64,000 nucleotides of DNA from Candidatus Puniceispirillales bacterium (GTDB lineage: Bacteria; Pseudomonadota; Alphaproteobacteria; Puniceispirillales; UBA1172): the NCBI GenBank assembly GCA_049889655.1, contig JBMHCY010000003.1, positions 1,915 to 65,914 on the forward strand. The letters run 5' to 3'. Under the pieces are notes generated by a model. The model was not told the origin of the DNA. It saw only the letters and a list, made by a program, of their open reading frames with translations, and did no database searches. Positions 43,537 to 53,672 of the stretch are shown piece after piece. Position 1 is the stretch's first letter. Each line of letters opens with the position of its first letter. Both the position numbers and the translations under genes were made by a program.

Positions 43537-46500
43537 TGAGCCGTTCTTCCCGCAAAGCCCAGACCATGCGCCTGGCCGAAGGCGGCCGTGTCGACCGGTC
43601 GAAGCCGGTCACGTTCTCTTTTGATGGCCGCCAGTTCACCGGTTATGAAGGCGATACCCTCGCCTCGGCCCTGCTCGCCAACAATGTCCATCTGGTCGGA
43701 CGCAGTTTCAAATACCACCGCCCCCGGGGCATTCTGAGCAGCGGCAGCGAAGAACCGAACGCCCTGATCCGGCTTGGTGAAGGCGCCCGGGTTGAGCCCA
43801 ATCTCCGTGCCACCCAGATTGAGATGGTTGACGGTCTCGTGAGCGAAAGCCAGAACCGCTGGCCTTCCCTGACCTTTGATGTCGGTGCTGTCAATTCGCT
43901 GTTGCAGCGGTTCTTCCCGGCGGGTTTCTATTACAAGACCTTCATGTGGCCGGCAGCCTTCTGGACATCGGTCTATGAGCCGGTGATCCGCAACGCGGCC
44001 GGGCTCGGCAAGGTGGCCGATGATCACAATGATCCCGACCGCTATGAGAAAACCCACGCCCACTGTGACGTGCTGATCGCCGGGGGCGGGGCTGCCGGGA
44101 TCATGGCAGCACTTTCCGCAGGGGCCAGCGGGGCCCGGGTCATTCTTGCTGATGAGCAGCAGGAAATGGGGGGCTGGCTGCTTTCGGAAACAGATACAGC
44201 CATTGACGGCAAACCGGCCGATGCCTGGATCGCCGATGCCCTCGCCCAGCTTGCAGCGATGGACAATGTCACCCTGCTGCCGCGGACCACTGTTTTCGCC
44301 TATATGGATCACAACTACCTGACTCTGGCCGAACGGGTCACCGATCACCTTGCTGACAATCCGGCACATTTGCCGCGCCAGCGGATCTGGAAGGTCCGCG
44401 CCCGTGAGGTCGTGCTGGCTCAGGGCAACCACGAACGTCCGGTTGTCTTTGGCGGCAATGATCTGCCCGGGGTGATGCTCGCCGGGGCAGTGCGGTCCTA
44501 TATCAACCGCTACGGGGTGATGCCCGGGCGGCGCGGGGTTGTTGTGACAGCCCATGATGATGCCTACCGGACAGCCTTTGCCATGGCAGATGCCGGGATT
44601 TATGTGCGGGCGATTGTCGATATGCGCCCGGCCCCGGCCTCGGCCCTTGTGGCCGAAGCCATGCGCCGCCAGATCCCGGTGCATACGAGCCATGCCGTGA
44701 TTGCTGCCGAAGGCACCCGCCATGTCGGCCGCATCAAAATCGCCCGGATCAACACCGATACTGCCGCAATCGAGGGGGATACCTCCTATATCGATTGTGA
44801 TCTGGTGGCGATGTCCGCCGGGTTCACGCCGGTTGTCAACCTGCACAGCCAGGCCCGGGGCAAACTGCGTTGGGATGATCGCCAGCTCTGTTTCGTGCCC
44901 GATACCTATCACGAACGGGCACGCTCTGCCGGGGCGTGCAACGGTGTTTTTGATCTGCGTGATGTCATGGCCGAGGCTGCCGCTGCCGGTGCTGCCGCTG
45001 CCGAAGCCGCCGGCCACAAGGCCACTGCCGCCACGCTGCCGACGGTTGATGCCCCGATCCAGGATTACCAGCCGGTCGATCTGTGGAAGGTTGCCAGTGA
45101 TGCGAGCCCCGGGGCCGGGCCGAAAGCCTTTATTGATTTCCAGAACGATGTGACGGCCAGTGATATCAAACTGGCTGTCCGCGAAGGCTATCAGTCTGTT
45201 GAGCATGTCAAACGCTACACCACCAACGGCATGGCCACCGATCAGGGCAAGACATCGAACATCAATGCCCTCGGGATCATCGCCGACCAGCTCGATAACA
45301 GTATCCCCAATGTCGGGACAACGACCTTCCGGCTTCCCTACACGCCGACCTCGCTGGGGGCAATTGCCGGGCGTGATATCAAGGGTCTGTTTGATCCCGA
45401 ACGCCTGACACGGATGGATGAATGGCACCGTGCCGCCGGTGCAACTTTCGAGCATGTCGGCCAGTGGATGCGGGCCTGGTATTACCCGAAAGACGGCGAG
45501 AGCATGGCTGATGCGGTCAACCGTGAAGTTAAGGCCGCCCGCACCCATGCCGGTATCCTTGATGCGTCGACCCTCGGCAAGATCGATATCCGGGGCCGTG
45601 ATGCGGCCGAGTTTCTCAACCGTGTCTATACCAATGCCTGGCTGAAACTGCCGGTGGGGCGCTGCCGCTACGGGCTGATGCTGAAAGATGACGGCATGGT
45701 GATGGATGATGGTGTCACCACCCGGCTGGGCGAAAACCATTTTCACATGACAACCACCACCGGCGGCGCTGCCCGGGTGCTGGACTGGCTCGAAGAATGG
45801 CACCAGACCGAATGGCCCGATCTTGAAGTCTACATGACCAGCGTGACCGAACAGTGGTCAGTGGCGACTGTTTCCGGGCCCAACGCCCGGGCGATCCTGG
45901 AAAAGGCCGGGTGCTCGATCCCGCTCAACGATGAATCGTTCCCGTTCATGTCCTGCCGTGACGGCACCCTCAATGGCCTGCCAGTGCGGATTTTCCGCAT
46001 CTCCTTTACCGGTGAGCTGAGTTTTGAGATCAACACCCCGGCACGGCTTGGCCTCGCCATGTGGAAGAACCTGATCGCCGCTGGTGAGGAATACGGGCTG
46101 ACGCCTTACGGCACCGAGGCCATGCACGTGTTGCGGGCCGAAAAGGGCTTTATCATTGTCGGCCAGGAAACCGATGGCACAGTGACCCCGCATGATCTCG
46201 GCATGGACTGGATTGTCTCCCAGAAAAAGCCTGATTTCGTCGGCAAAAGGGCCCTCGAGCGACACAGCATGGGCTTTGATAACCGCAAACAGCTGGTGGG
46301 GCTCATCACCGATGATCCGAAAGCGGTCATCCCCGAAGGGGCGCACGCTGTGCTTGACCCGAACCAGCCGATGCCCATGGAAATGCTGGGGCAGGTCACG
46401 TCATCGTATTATTCGCCCAATCTCGGCCATTCGATCGCCATGGCACTGCTTAAGGGCGGTCATGCCATGAAGGGCGAAACCGTCTGGTTCCCGATGATCG

Positions 46501-46577
46501 ACGGCCGCGACCCGATCAAGGCGACAATCACAGACACGGTCTTTTTTGACCCGAAAGGAGAACGGATCAATGGCTAG
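43533..46577 (+). CDS. soxA: Sarcosine oxidase subunit alpha
   Basis: 1014 aa. The NAD/FAD fold is VLIAGGGAAGIMAAL, and the C-terminus is a GcvT-like folate-binding domain. Confidence 0.92.
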   Translation: MMSRSSRKAQTMRLAEGGRVDRSKPVTFSFDGRQFTGYEGDTLASALLANNVHLVGRSFKYHRPRGILSSGSEEPNALIRLGEGARVEPNLRATQIEMVDGLVSESQNRWPSLTFDVGAVNSLLQRFFPAGFYYKTFMWPAAFWTSVYEPVIRNAAGLGKVADDHNDPDRYEKTHAHCDVLIAGGGAAGIMAALSAGASGARVILADEQQEMGGWLLSETDTAIDGKPADAWIADALAQLAAMDNVTLLPRTTVFAYMDHNYLTLAERVTDHLADNPAHLPRQRIWKVRAREVVLAQGNHERPVVFGGNDLPGVMLAGAVRSYINRYGVMPGRRGVVVTAHDDAYRTAFAMADAGIYVRAIVDMRPAPASALVAEAMRRQIPVHTSHAVIAAEGTRHVGRIKIARINTDTAAIEGDTSYIDCDLVAMSAGFTPVVNLHSQARGKLRWDDRQLCFVPDTYHERARSAGACNGVFDLRDVMAEAAAAGAAAAEAAGHKATAATLPTVDAPIQDYQPVDLWKVASDASPGAGPKAFIDFQNDVTASDIKLAVREGYQSVEHVKRYTTNGMATDQGKTSNINALGIIADQLDNSIPNVGTTTFRLPYTPTSLGAIAGRDIKGLFDPERLTRMDEWHRAAGATFEHVGQWMRAWYYPKDGESMADAVNREVKAARTHAGILDASTLGKIDIRGRDAAEFLNRVYTNAWLKLPVGRCRYGLMLKDDGMVMDDGVTTRLGENHFHMTTTTGGAARVLDWLEEWHQTEWPDLEVYMTSVTEQWSVATVSGPNARAILEKAGCSIPLNDESFPFMSCRDGTLNGLPVRIFRISFTGELSFEINTPARLGLAMWKNLIAAGEEYGLTPYGTEAMHVLRAEKGFIIVGQETDGTVTPHDLGMDWIVSQKKPDFVGKRALERHSMGFDNRKQLVGLITDDPKAVIPEGAHAVLDPNQPMPMEMLGQVTSSYYSPNLGHSIAMALLKGGHAMKGETVWFPMIDGRDPIKATITDTVFFDPKGERING

Positions 46578-47181
46578 CCTGAGAACCATTCCTGGTAAAT
46601 CGCCGCTCGATCGTGTTGCCGCCAGCAGCAGCCCGCAGCCGGAAGGCTCGCGCGGGGTTGTCGTGTTGAAAGACCTTGGCCTGTCGGACAAGATCAACCT
46701 CCGCTGTCAGGCTGACAATCGTATCATCGCCGAAGGGCTGAAGCAGGTTGTCGGCTCGGTGCTGCCCACCGAAGCCCACCGGTTCAACGCCTCCGGGCTG
46801 CGCTCGGTTGTCTGGTGCGGGCCTGATGAATGGCTGGTGCTGGCCGAAGACGGGACAGCCGAAACAATCATGGCGGCGCTTGACGTACCCGAAGCCGGGC
46901 ACGTTGCGGTGACCAATGTCAGCGATGCGCTCGGTGGGCTCATTCTTGCGGGCCCCCATGCCCGTGATGTGCTGGCCAAGCATTGCGCGCTGGATTTCCA
47001 CCCCGATGCCTTCACCCCCGGGATGGCGCAGCAATCCCTGCTCTCCCATGCCGGGGTCAATATCCTCTGCCGTGGTGAAGATGAGTTCCTGATCATCGGG
47101 CGGTCGAGCTTCATGCCCTATATCGCCAGCCTGATGATGGATGCCGCCATCGAATACGGCTACGACTACACCCCTGTCTGA
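46570..47181 (+). CDS. soxG: Sarcosine oxidase subunit gamma
   Basis: ~200 aa, directly after soxA with an 8-nt overlap. The call rests on position and size. Confidence 0.8.
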   Translation: MASLRTIPGKSPLDRVAASSSPQPEGSRGVVVLKDLGLSDKINLRCQADNRIIAEGLKQVVGSVLPTEAHRFNASGLRSVVWCGPDEWLVLAEDGTAETIMAALDVPEAGHVAVTNVSDALGGLILAGPHARDVLAKHCALDFHPDAFTPGMAQQSLLSHAGVNILCRGEDEFLIIGRSSFMPYIASLMMDAAIEYGYDYTPV

Positions 47182-47200
47182 ACAAGCCGAAAACGGGATC

Positions 47201-47230
47201 AAAAAAACCGGGGTAAGCCCCGGTTTTTCT
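47201..47230. terminator. Bidirectional rho-independent terminator between soxG and the MttB-family gene
   Basis: AAAAAAACCGGGG-taag-CCCCGGTTTTTCTTT. An A-run and a T-run flank a GC stem between the convergent genes. Confidence 0.85.
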
Positions 47231-47238
47231 TTGGTTGA

Positions 47239-48789
47239 TCAGAATTCCGCGTTGGGGAGTTCTTCCATACGCTTGGCCTTGTAGGCGAGCAGAGCCTCAT
47301 CAATCGCCGGGTCGAGCGACGGGGCTTCGTATTCGGCCAGCATCTGCCGGGCCTTGTTTTCAGCACGCTGGGCACTCTCAACAGCCCCTTCTGAACTCCA
47401 CTGCTCGAAGGTAGTGTTATCAGCCATTTCAGAACGCCAGAACGCATCCTCGAAATTCGCCTGGGTGTGGCTTGACCCGAGAAAATGTTTGCCCGGGCCA
47501 ATCTCGCGCAGGGCTTCCATGGCCTGGCCGTTTTCGCTGACATCCACCCCGGCGACCATGCGATCCATCATGGTCAGCTGGTCGGCATCAAGAACGATCT
47601 TGCGGTAATCGCTGACAAGCCCGCCTTCCATCCAGCCAGCGGCGTGGAGGACGAAGTTCACCCCGCCAAGGACAGTCGGCAGAATGGTGTTGGCGGATTC
47701 ATAGGCGGCCTGGGCATCGACAGTCTTGGCCGCGGTGAGCGAGCCACCGGAACGGAACGGCACGCCGAGGCGGCGGGCCAGTTTCGCACAGCCATAGAGC
47801 ACTTTTGCCGGCTCCGGTGTGCCGAAGGTCGGGGCGCCTGTCTGCATCGACATCGATGAGGCAAAAGACCCGAAGACAACCGGCGTGCCCGGGTTGACCA
47901 GCTGGGCAAAGGCAATGCCGCTCATCGCTTCGGCAAGCGTCTGGGCCAGCGTTCCGGCAACGGAAACAGGTGACATCGCCCCCGCCAGAATGAACGGGGC
48001 GGTGATCACCGCCTGGCCGGCACGGGCATAGGCCTTGAGCGCCCCGAGCATGGTTTCATCCCAGGTCATCGGCGAGTTGGCGTTGATCAGGCTGATCATC
48101 ACGCAGTTGCTGTTGACGAAATCCTCTCCAAACAGAATCTTCGACATGGCAATGCTGTCCTCGGCCCGCTCAGCAGAGGTGACCGACCCCATATAGGCCT
48201 TGTCGGAATATTTCATGTGCGTGTACAGCATCTCAAGGTGACGCTTCGGGACCGGCAGATCGACAGGCTCACAGACTGTGCCGCCGGAATGGTGCAACCC
48301 CGGATGCATATAGGCGATTTTGACGATATTGCGGAAATCCTCGATCGTCGCATAGCGGCGCTCACCGTCAAGATCACGGATGAAGGGCGGGCCGTATACC
48401 GGGGCAAAAACCGTGTTATTGCCGCCGATCTGGACTGACCGTTCAGAATTGCGGGCGTGCTGGGTGAACTCGGCAGGCGCAGTCTTGCACAGCTCACGGC
48501 ACATCCCCCGGGGGAAGCGCACGCGCTCACCGTCAATATCCGCCCCGGCATCTTTCAGGATGGCAAGAGCTTCGGGATCATCCTTAAAATCAATGCCGAT
48601 TTCCTCAAGGATCTGCTCGGCATTGTTTTCAATGATTTCCGCCCCTTCATCCGACAGCACATCAAAAGGCGCGATGCCGCGGGTGATATAGGGTTTGGAA
48701 GCAGCACCGGCAGCGGCACGCGTGGCGCGACGGGCATCACGGCCACCACCGCGGCGGGAACGACGTTCGGTTTCAGCAGGTTGAGACAT
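47239..48789 (-). CDS. Trimethylamine-methyltransferase (MttB) superfamily protein, non-pyrrolysine type
   Basis: 516 aa, uninterrupted, with no in-frame TAG. The Arg-rich N-terminus (RRSRRGGGRDARRATRAA) and the rest of the sequence match my memory of alphaproteobacterial MttB homologues. It lies 32 nt downstream of the DMGDH-like gene. Confidence 0.75.
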   Translation of the reverse strand: MSQPAETERRSRRGGGRDARRATRAAAGAASKPYITRGIAPFDVLSDEGAEIIENNAEQILEEIGIDFKDDPEALAILKDAGADIDGERVRFPRGMCRELCKTAPAEFTQHARNSERSVQIGGNNTVFAPVYGPPFIRDLDGERRYATIEDFRNIVKIAYMHPGLHHSGGTVCEPVDLPVPKRHLEMLYTHMKYSDKAYMGSVTSAERAEDSIAMSKILFGEDFVNSNCVMISLINANSPMTWDETMLGALKAYARAGQAVITAPFILAGAMSPVSVAGTLAQTLAEAMSGIAFAQLVNPGTPVVFGSFASSMSMQTGAPTFGTPEPAKVLYGCAKLARRLGVPFRSGGSLTAAKTVDAQAAYESANTILPTVLGGVNFVLHAAGWMEGGLVSDYRKIVLDADQLTMMDRMVAGVDVSENGQAMEALREIGPGKHFLGSSHTQANFEDAFWRSEMADNTTFEQWSSEGAVESAQRAENKARQMLAEYEAPSLDPAIDEALLAYKAKRMEELPNAEF

Positions 48790-48821
48790 CAGTGTAATCC
48801 TCAGATTATGGCCTGAACGGA

Positions 48822-51260
48822 TCAGGCGCGGAGACGGGTGTTTTCAGGGTCAAACGGACTTTCTTCAATCACCACGGCAGCATGACGCTTGCCGAGGATA
48901 TCAATCTCGAGTGTGGTGCCGACCTCATCCAGGCCGGGCCTGACCATGGCCATGGCCAGGGATTTGCCCAGGCGGAAGCCATAATTGCCGGACGTCGCCC
49001 GGCCGACCAGTTCACCATCACGATAGATCGGGTTGCCGCCGATAGCATCGGCATCATCGGCATCAAGAACTTCAAGCGTCACCAGACTGTTGGCAAAGCC
49101 CTGCTGCTGCCAGGCGACGAGATTATCACGGCCGATGAAATCACCCTTGTTGGGGTGAACGAACCGCTCAAGATGCGATTCGAGGGCTGCATATTCGATC
49201 GACAGTTCAGTGCCGACCATGCGATAGGATTTTTCGATCCGCATACAATCCATGGCCCTGATCCCGAACGGCTTGATCCCGAGATCAGCACCGGCTTCCA
49301 TGAGGGCATCGAAAATATGGTTCTGGTATTCGATAGGGTGATGCAGCTCCCAGCCCAGTTCACCGACAAAGTTCACCCGTGCGGCAAGGCTCGGCGCATG
49401 ACCGACATTGATCCACTGTGCCGACAGCCAGGGGAAGGCTTCGTTGGAAAAATCAGTGCGGCGGGAAACCCGCTGCATCAGGTCGCGGGCTTTCGGCCCG
49501 GCCACCACCAGCACCCCGAAAGCGTTGGTAATGTTGCTGAACTGCACCGAGCCGTCATCCGGCATATGCTTGACGATCCAGTCATGGTCAACACGCTGCA
49601 GCGCACCGGCAGAAACCACATAGAAACTGGAGTCATTCTCTCGGATGATGGTGAATTCCGAATGGACACCGCCCGAAGGGGCCAGTGCGTGGCAGAGATT
49701 GACCCGGCCGATCTTCTTCGGCACCCGGTTGGCGATCAGACGATCGAGGAAGGCTTCGGCCCCGGGGCCGGAGATCCGCGCCTTGGCAAAGGCCGACATA
49801 TCGAGAACACCGACATTTTCGGTGGTGTTGCGCACCTCGTTGCCAACATGTTCAAACCAGTTTGAGCGGCGGAAAGACCAATGGTCTTCCTGCGGCGTGC
49901 CTTCCGGGGCGAACCAGTTGGCCCGCTCCCAGCCGAATTTCTGGCCGAAGACAGCACCGAGGGATTTCAGCCTGTCATAGCAGGGGGCTGTCCGCAGCGG
50001 GCGGGCGGCCTCACGTTCTTCATCGGGAAAGTGAACGGTGAAGACATTGGCATAGGCTTCCTCGTTCTTTTCGATCAGATAACTTTCCGTGGCGTAGGAG
50101 CCATAGCGGCGGGGGTCGACACCGGTCATATCGATGGTCGGCTCACCTTCCACCATCCATTCCGCCAGCTGCCAGCCTGCCCCGCCAGCGGCGGTGACAC
50201 CGAAGGAATGGCCTTCCGACAGCCAGAAGTTTTTCAGCCCCGGGGCCGGACCGATGATCGGGTTGCCGTCAGGCGTATAGGCGATCGCCCCGTTATAGAC
50301 TTTCTTGACCCCGACTTCACCAAACACCGGCACACGGAACATGGCGCTTTCGATATGGGTTTCGATCCGTTCCAGGTCTTCCTGGAAGAGCTCGTATTCG
50401 CTGTCATCGCTGGGGCCGTCAACATAACAGGCCGGGGCGCCGTGCTCATACGGCCCGAGAATGAGACCGCCGGCTTCCTCACGCATATACCAGCCGTTGT
50501 CGGAATCGCGCAGAACGCCCATTTCCGGCTCACCCGCGGCATGGCGTGCCTTGATCTCGGGATGCGGCTCGGTGACGATATACTGGTGTTCAACGGGGAT
50601 CACCGGAATATCGAGCCCGACCATGGCCCCGGTCTTACGGGCGAAATTCCCGGTACAGGAGACCACGTGCTCACAGGTGATGACGCCCTTGTCGGTGGTG
50701 ATCTCCCACTCGCCGGTTTCGGTCCGGCGGATCGACAACACCGTGGTGTTGCGATGAATGGTGGCGCCGCGGTCACGTGCGCCCTTGGCCATGGCCTGAG
50801 TGAGGTCTGCCGGCTGGATATAGCCGTCACCCGGATGCTGGATCGCCCCGATCAGCCCTTCGGTGTTGCAGAGCGGCCAGATTTCCTTGACCTGTTCCGG
50901 GGTGAGGCGGTTGACTTCAACCCCGATGGTCTCAGCCACCCCGGCATACTGCATATATTCATCCCAGCGGTCCGGCTGCGAGGCAAGACGGATGTTGGAG
51001 ACATTGCGGAAGCCGACATCCATGCCGGTTTCCTGTTGCAGTTCCTGATAGAATTTGACGGAATATTTGTGCACCTGGCCGACAGAGTAGGACATATTGA
51101 AAAGCGGCAACAGGCCTGCAGCGTGCCAGGTCGACCCCGAGGTCAACTCCTTGCGTTCCAGCAGAACACTATCGGTCCAGCCTTTCTTCGCCAGGTGATA
51201 GAGCATGGAAACGCCAACAACACCGCCACCAATAACAACTGCACGCGCATGTGATTTCAT
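48822..51260 (-). CDS. Dimethylglycine/sarcosine dehydrogenase-family protein (FAD oxidoreductase fused to a GcvT folate-binding domain)
   Basis: 812 aa. The FAD fold is AVVIGGGVVGVSMLYHLA, SGSTWHAAGLL carries the His used for covalent FAD in DMGDH, and the C-terminus is aminomethyltransferase-like. Confidence 0.85.
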   Translation of the reverse strand: MKSHARAVVIGGGVVGVSMLYHLAKKGWTDSVLLERKELTSGSTWHAAGLLPLFNMSYSVGQVHKYSVKFYQELQQETGMDVGFRNVSNIRLASQPDRWDEYMQYAGVAETIGVEVNRLTPEQVKEIWPLCNTEGLIGAIQHPGDGYIQPADLTQAMAKGARDRGATIHRNTTVLSIRRTETGEWEITTDKGVITCEHVVSCTGNFARKTGAMVGLDIPVIPVEHQYIVTEPHPEIKARHAAGEPEMGVLRDSDNGWYMREEAGGLILGPYEHGAPACYVDGPSDDSEYELFQEDLERIETHIESAMFRVPVFGEVGVKKVYNGAIAYTPDGNPIIGPAPGLKNFWLSEGHSFGVTAAGGAGWQLAEWMVEGEPTIDMTGVDPRRYGSYATESYLIEKNEEAYANVFTVHFPDEEREAARPLRTAPCYDRLKSLGAVFGQKFGWERANWFAPEGTPQEDHWSFRRSNWFEHVGNEVRNTTENVGVLDMSAFAKARISGPGAEAFLDRLIANRVPKKIGRVNLCHALAPSGGVHSEFTIIRENDSSFYVVSAGALQRVDHDWIVKHMPDDGSVQFSNITNAFGVLVVAGPKARDLMQRVSRRTDFSNEAFPWLSAQWINVGHAPSLAARVNFVGELGWELHHPIEYQNHIFDALMEAGADLGIKPFGIRAMDCMRIEKSYRMVGTELSIEYAALESHLERFVHPNKGDFIGRDNLVAWQQQGFANSLVTLEVLDADDADAIGGNPIYRDGELVGRATSGNYGFRLGKSLAMAMVRPGLDEVGTTLEIDILGKRHAAVVIEESPFDPENTRLRA

Positions 51261-51430
51261 CGCTTTGATCCTCCTCAGAGCCTTCGATCTGTCATAAAAG
51301 GCAGGGCTGACCCGTTCACTTCGTGGTCAAGCACATCAATGACTATTTTATCGGGTCAAAGGGCCAAAACCGTCCATCAAACGACCAATTCATGCCCAAA
51401 AGTGAAAAACCGGTCATCTCAATGACGGGA

Positions 51431-52018
51431 TCAGGGATAGAGTCGCAGGGCGGACCAGATTCCATTTTCAAGGCTGAAACGGAACCGGTCATGGAGACGC
51501 GATTCCCCATCCATCCAAAACTCCATTTCATGGGGGGTCAGCCGATAGCCGCCCCAATACGGAGGCCGGGGCGGGTTTTCAGGATATTCTGCCGAAAACT
51601 GCGCGACTCGATCGGCCAGGGTGGCACGCTCATCAAGCGGGCTCGACTGATCCGAAGCCCAGGCCCCGATCCGGCTGCCATAGGGGCGTGAGGCGTAATA
51701 GGCATCGGAGGTCGCCTCATCAAGCCGCGTCACCGCCCCCACCAGACGCACCTGCCGGCGCAGCGATTTCCAGTGAAAACACATGGCGGCACGACCGGTG
51801 GCATCAAGCTCGCCAGCCTTGCGGGATGTGTAGTTGGTGTAGAAATGGATACTGCTTTCATCATGCCCCTTGATCAGCACCACCCGGACCGAAGGCCAGC
51901 CTTCATCGGAAACCGATGCCAGCGAGACAGCATTCGGGTCATTGAGCTCAGAAGCTTCGGCTTCCTTCATCCAGGATTGAAGCAATTCAAGCGGGTTTTC
52001 ATCGCGCGGATCGAACAT
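51431..52018 (-). CDS. pdxH: Pyridoxamine 5'-phosphate oxidase
   Basis: 195 aa with LASVSDEGWPSVRVVLIKG, and FWMDGESRLHDRF near the C-terminus. Confidence 0.9.
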   Translation of the reverse strand: MFDPRDENPLELLQSWMKEAEASELNDPNAVSLASVSDEGWPSVRVVLIKGHDESSIHFYTNYTSRKAGELDATGRAAMCFHWKSLRRQVRLVGAVTRLDEATSDAYYASRPYGSRIGAWASDQSSPLDERATLADRVAQFSAEYPENPPRPPYWGGYRLTPHEMEFWMDGESRLHDRFRFSLENGIWSALRLYP

Positions 52019-52197
52019 GGTTTTTGCCTTTTCTACGGTGTCCTTGCCTCATAGATAGGATGCGATTGGCCGATTGCCATCCCCTTTTTCGCATCCCCGC
52101 CCAGAGAAAGCCAAGCTGCTGAACATGCCATGACATTGCCACAAAAACAGTCTATAGATATCATAATATCAATTCATGACCAGAAACTGGAGATTTC

Positions 52198-52746
52198 ATG
52201 ATGAGAACCATCGCAACCCTGATGGCCGCCGCCATGCTGGCAAGCCCGCTCACCGCCATGGCCAACCAGACCACTATCAAAACCGTTGTCGGCACGGTTG
52301 AAAGTGTTGATGTGCTGACCTCATCCTATATCCGCAAGACGCCGACCGAAGAAAAGGTCTGCCATACCGAAGAAGTCCCTGTTTATGCCGAAGGTGAAGA
52401 GGGTGACGAAATCGGCGGGCTGATCATCGGCGGGCTCATCGGTTCTGCCGTCGGCAACGCTGTCACCAAGAGCGACGGGGCCGGGACCTTCGGGGCTGTG
52501 ACCGGGGCGCTGATCGGCCGTGAGCACGCCAAATCCAAGACAAAGCAGGGCAAGATCGTCGGTTACCGCCAGCAAGATGTCTGTGAGATCAAGAAAATCG
52601 TCCGTGAAGAGCGGATTGAGGAGATCACCGGCTATCGGCTGAGCATTGATATCGGTGGTGATGTCATCTCGCTGAAATCATCGCGTTCCTATGATCAGGG
52701 CGATGAGATCAATGTCCGGATGAAAACAACCTACTCGCTTGATTGA
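52198..52746 (+). CDS. Secreted glycine-zipper (Rick_17kDa_Anti-like) protein
   Basis: It has a signal peptide ending TAMA and a glycine-zipper segment, GGLIIGGLIGSAVGNAV...GAVTGALIG. Confidence 0.5.
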   Translation: MMRTIATLMAAAMLASPLTAMANQTTIKTVVGTVESVDVLTSSYIRKTPTEEKVCHTEEVPVYAEGEEGDEIGGLIIGGLIGSAVGNAVTKSDGAGTFGAVTGALIGREHAKSKTKQGKIVGYRQQDVCEIKKIVREERIEEITGYRLSIDIGGDVISLKSSRSYDQGDEINVRMKTTYSLD

Positions 52747-52842
52747 TCAGCGTTTATGCCGCTAAACGGGGTTGCTGGCCTGCGCCTTGGGGTGTAGATT
52801 AAGGCATCCACTTTTTCTAGCAGGCGTTATCCAGAGGTTACC

Positions 52843-53670
52843 ATGACGGAACAATCATCGCTCAAGCCTTCCGATCTGATGAAAGGCAAGCGCGGGCTTG
52901 TCATGGGTGTGGCCAACGACCGGTCGATCGGCTGGGGGATTGCCCATGCCCTGCACATGGCCGGGGCGGAGCTTGCCTTCACGTTTCAGGGGGAAGCGCT
53001 CGAAAAGCGCGTCCGGCCGCTGGCCGAAAAGGCAGGCTCGTCGATTGTCCTGCCCTGCGATGTGACCGATGAAACCAGCATGGATGCCGTTTTCAAGGCA
53101 TTGCAGGATGAATGGGGGTCGATCGATTTTCTCGTCCATGCCATCGCCTATTCCGACAAGGAAGAACTGAAAGGCCAGTATGTCGATACCAGCCGCGATA
53201 ATTTCATGCGGACAATGGATATCTCCGTCTATTCCTTCACGGCCCTCGCCCAGCGTGCGGCGGCGATCATGAACGATGGCGGCTCCATGCTGACGCTCAC
53301 CTATTACGGGGCTGAACGGGTGATGCCGCATTACAACGTCATGGGGGTGGCCAAGGCCGCACTGGAAGCCTCGGTGCGCTATCTTGCGGTTGATCTGGGC
53401 GGCCGCAATATCCGCGTCAACGGCCTTTCCGCAGGCCCGATGAAGACGCTGGCCGCCTCGGGGATTGGTGATTTCCGCTATATCCTCAAATGGAACGAAT
53501 ACAACTCACCGCTGAAGCGCAACGTGACGCTTGAAGATGTCGGCGGTGCCGGGCTCTATCTGCTTTCTGATCTTGCCAGCGGCGTTTCCGGTGAAACCCA
53601 CCATGTTGATTGCGGATACCATATCGTTGGCATGAAAGCCGTTGACGCCCCCGATATCTCGGTGGTCTGA
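52843..53670 (+). CDS. fabI: Enoyl-[acyl-carrier-protein] reductase (NADH)
   Basis: Motifs are [13 protein letters not shown] and the Y-x6-K region [14 protein letters not shown]. Confidence 0.92.
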   Translation: MTEQSSLKPSDLMKGKRGLVMGVANDRSIGWGIAHALHMAGAELAFTFQGEALEKRVRPLAEKAGSSIVLPCDVTDETSMDAVFKALQDEWGSIDFLVHAIAYSDKEELKGQYVDTSRDNFMRTMDISVYSFTALAQRAAAIMNDGGSMLTLTYYGAERVMPHYNVMGVAKAALEASVRYLAVDLGGRNIRVNGLSAGPMKTLAASGIGDFRYILKWNEYNSPLKRNVTLEDVGGAGLYLLSDLASGVSGETHHVDCGYHIVGMKAVDAPDISVV

Positions 53671-53672
53671 CC

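Noticed and set aside
43416-45803. 795-aa ORF on the minus strand. Similar long antisense ORFs occur at 28845-30392, 41663-42610, 49881-51254 and 55878-56843.
   Set aside because: All of them lie opposite strongly supported genes (soxA, nrdJ, soxB, the DMGDH-like gene, dxs). They have shadow-ORF composition and no domain signatures.
47239-48789. Pyrrolysine (in-frame UAG) in the MttB-family gene
   Set aside because: The 516-codon frame has no internal stop, so this is a non-Pyl member and no recoding is needed.
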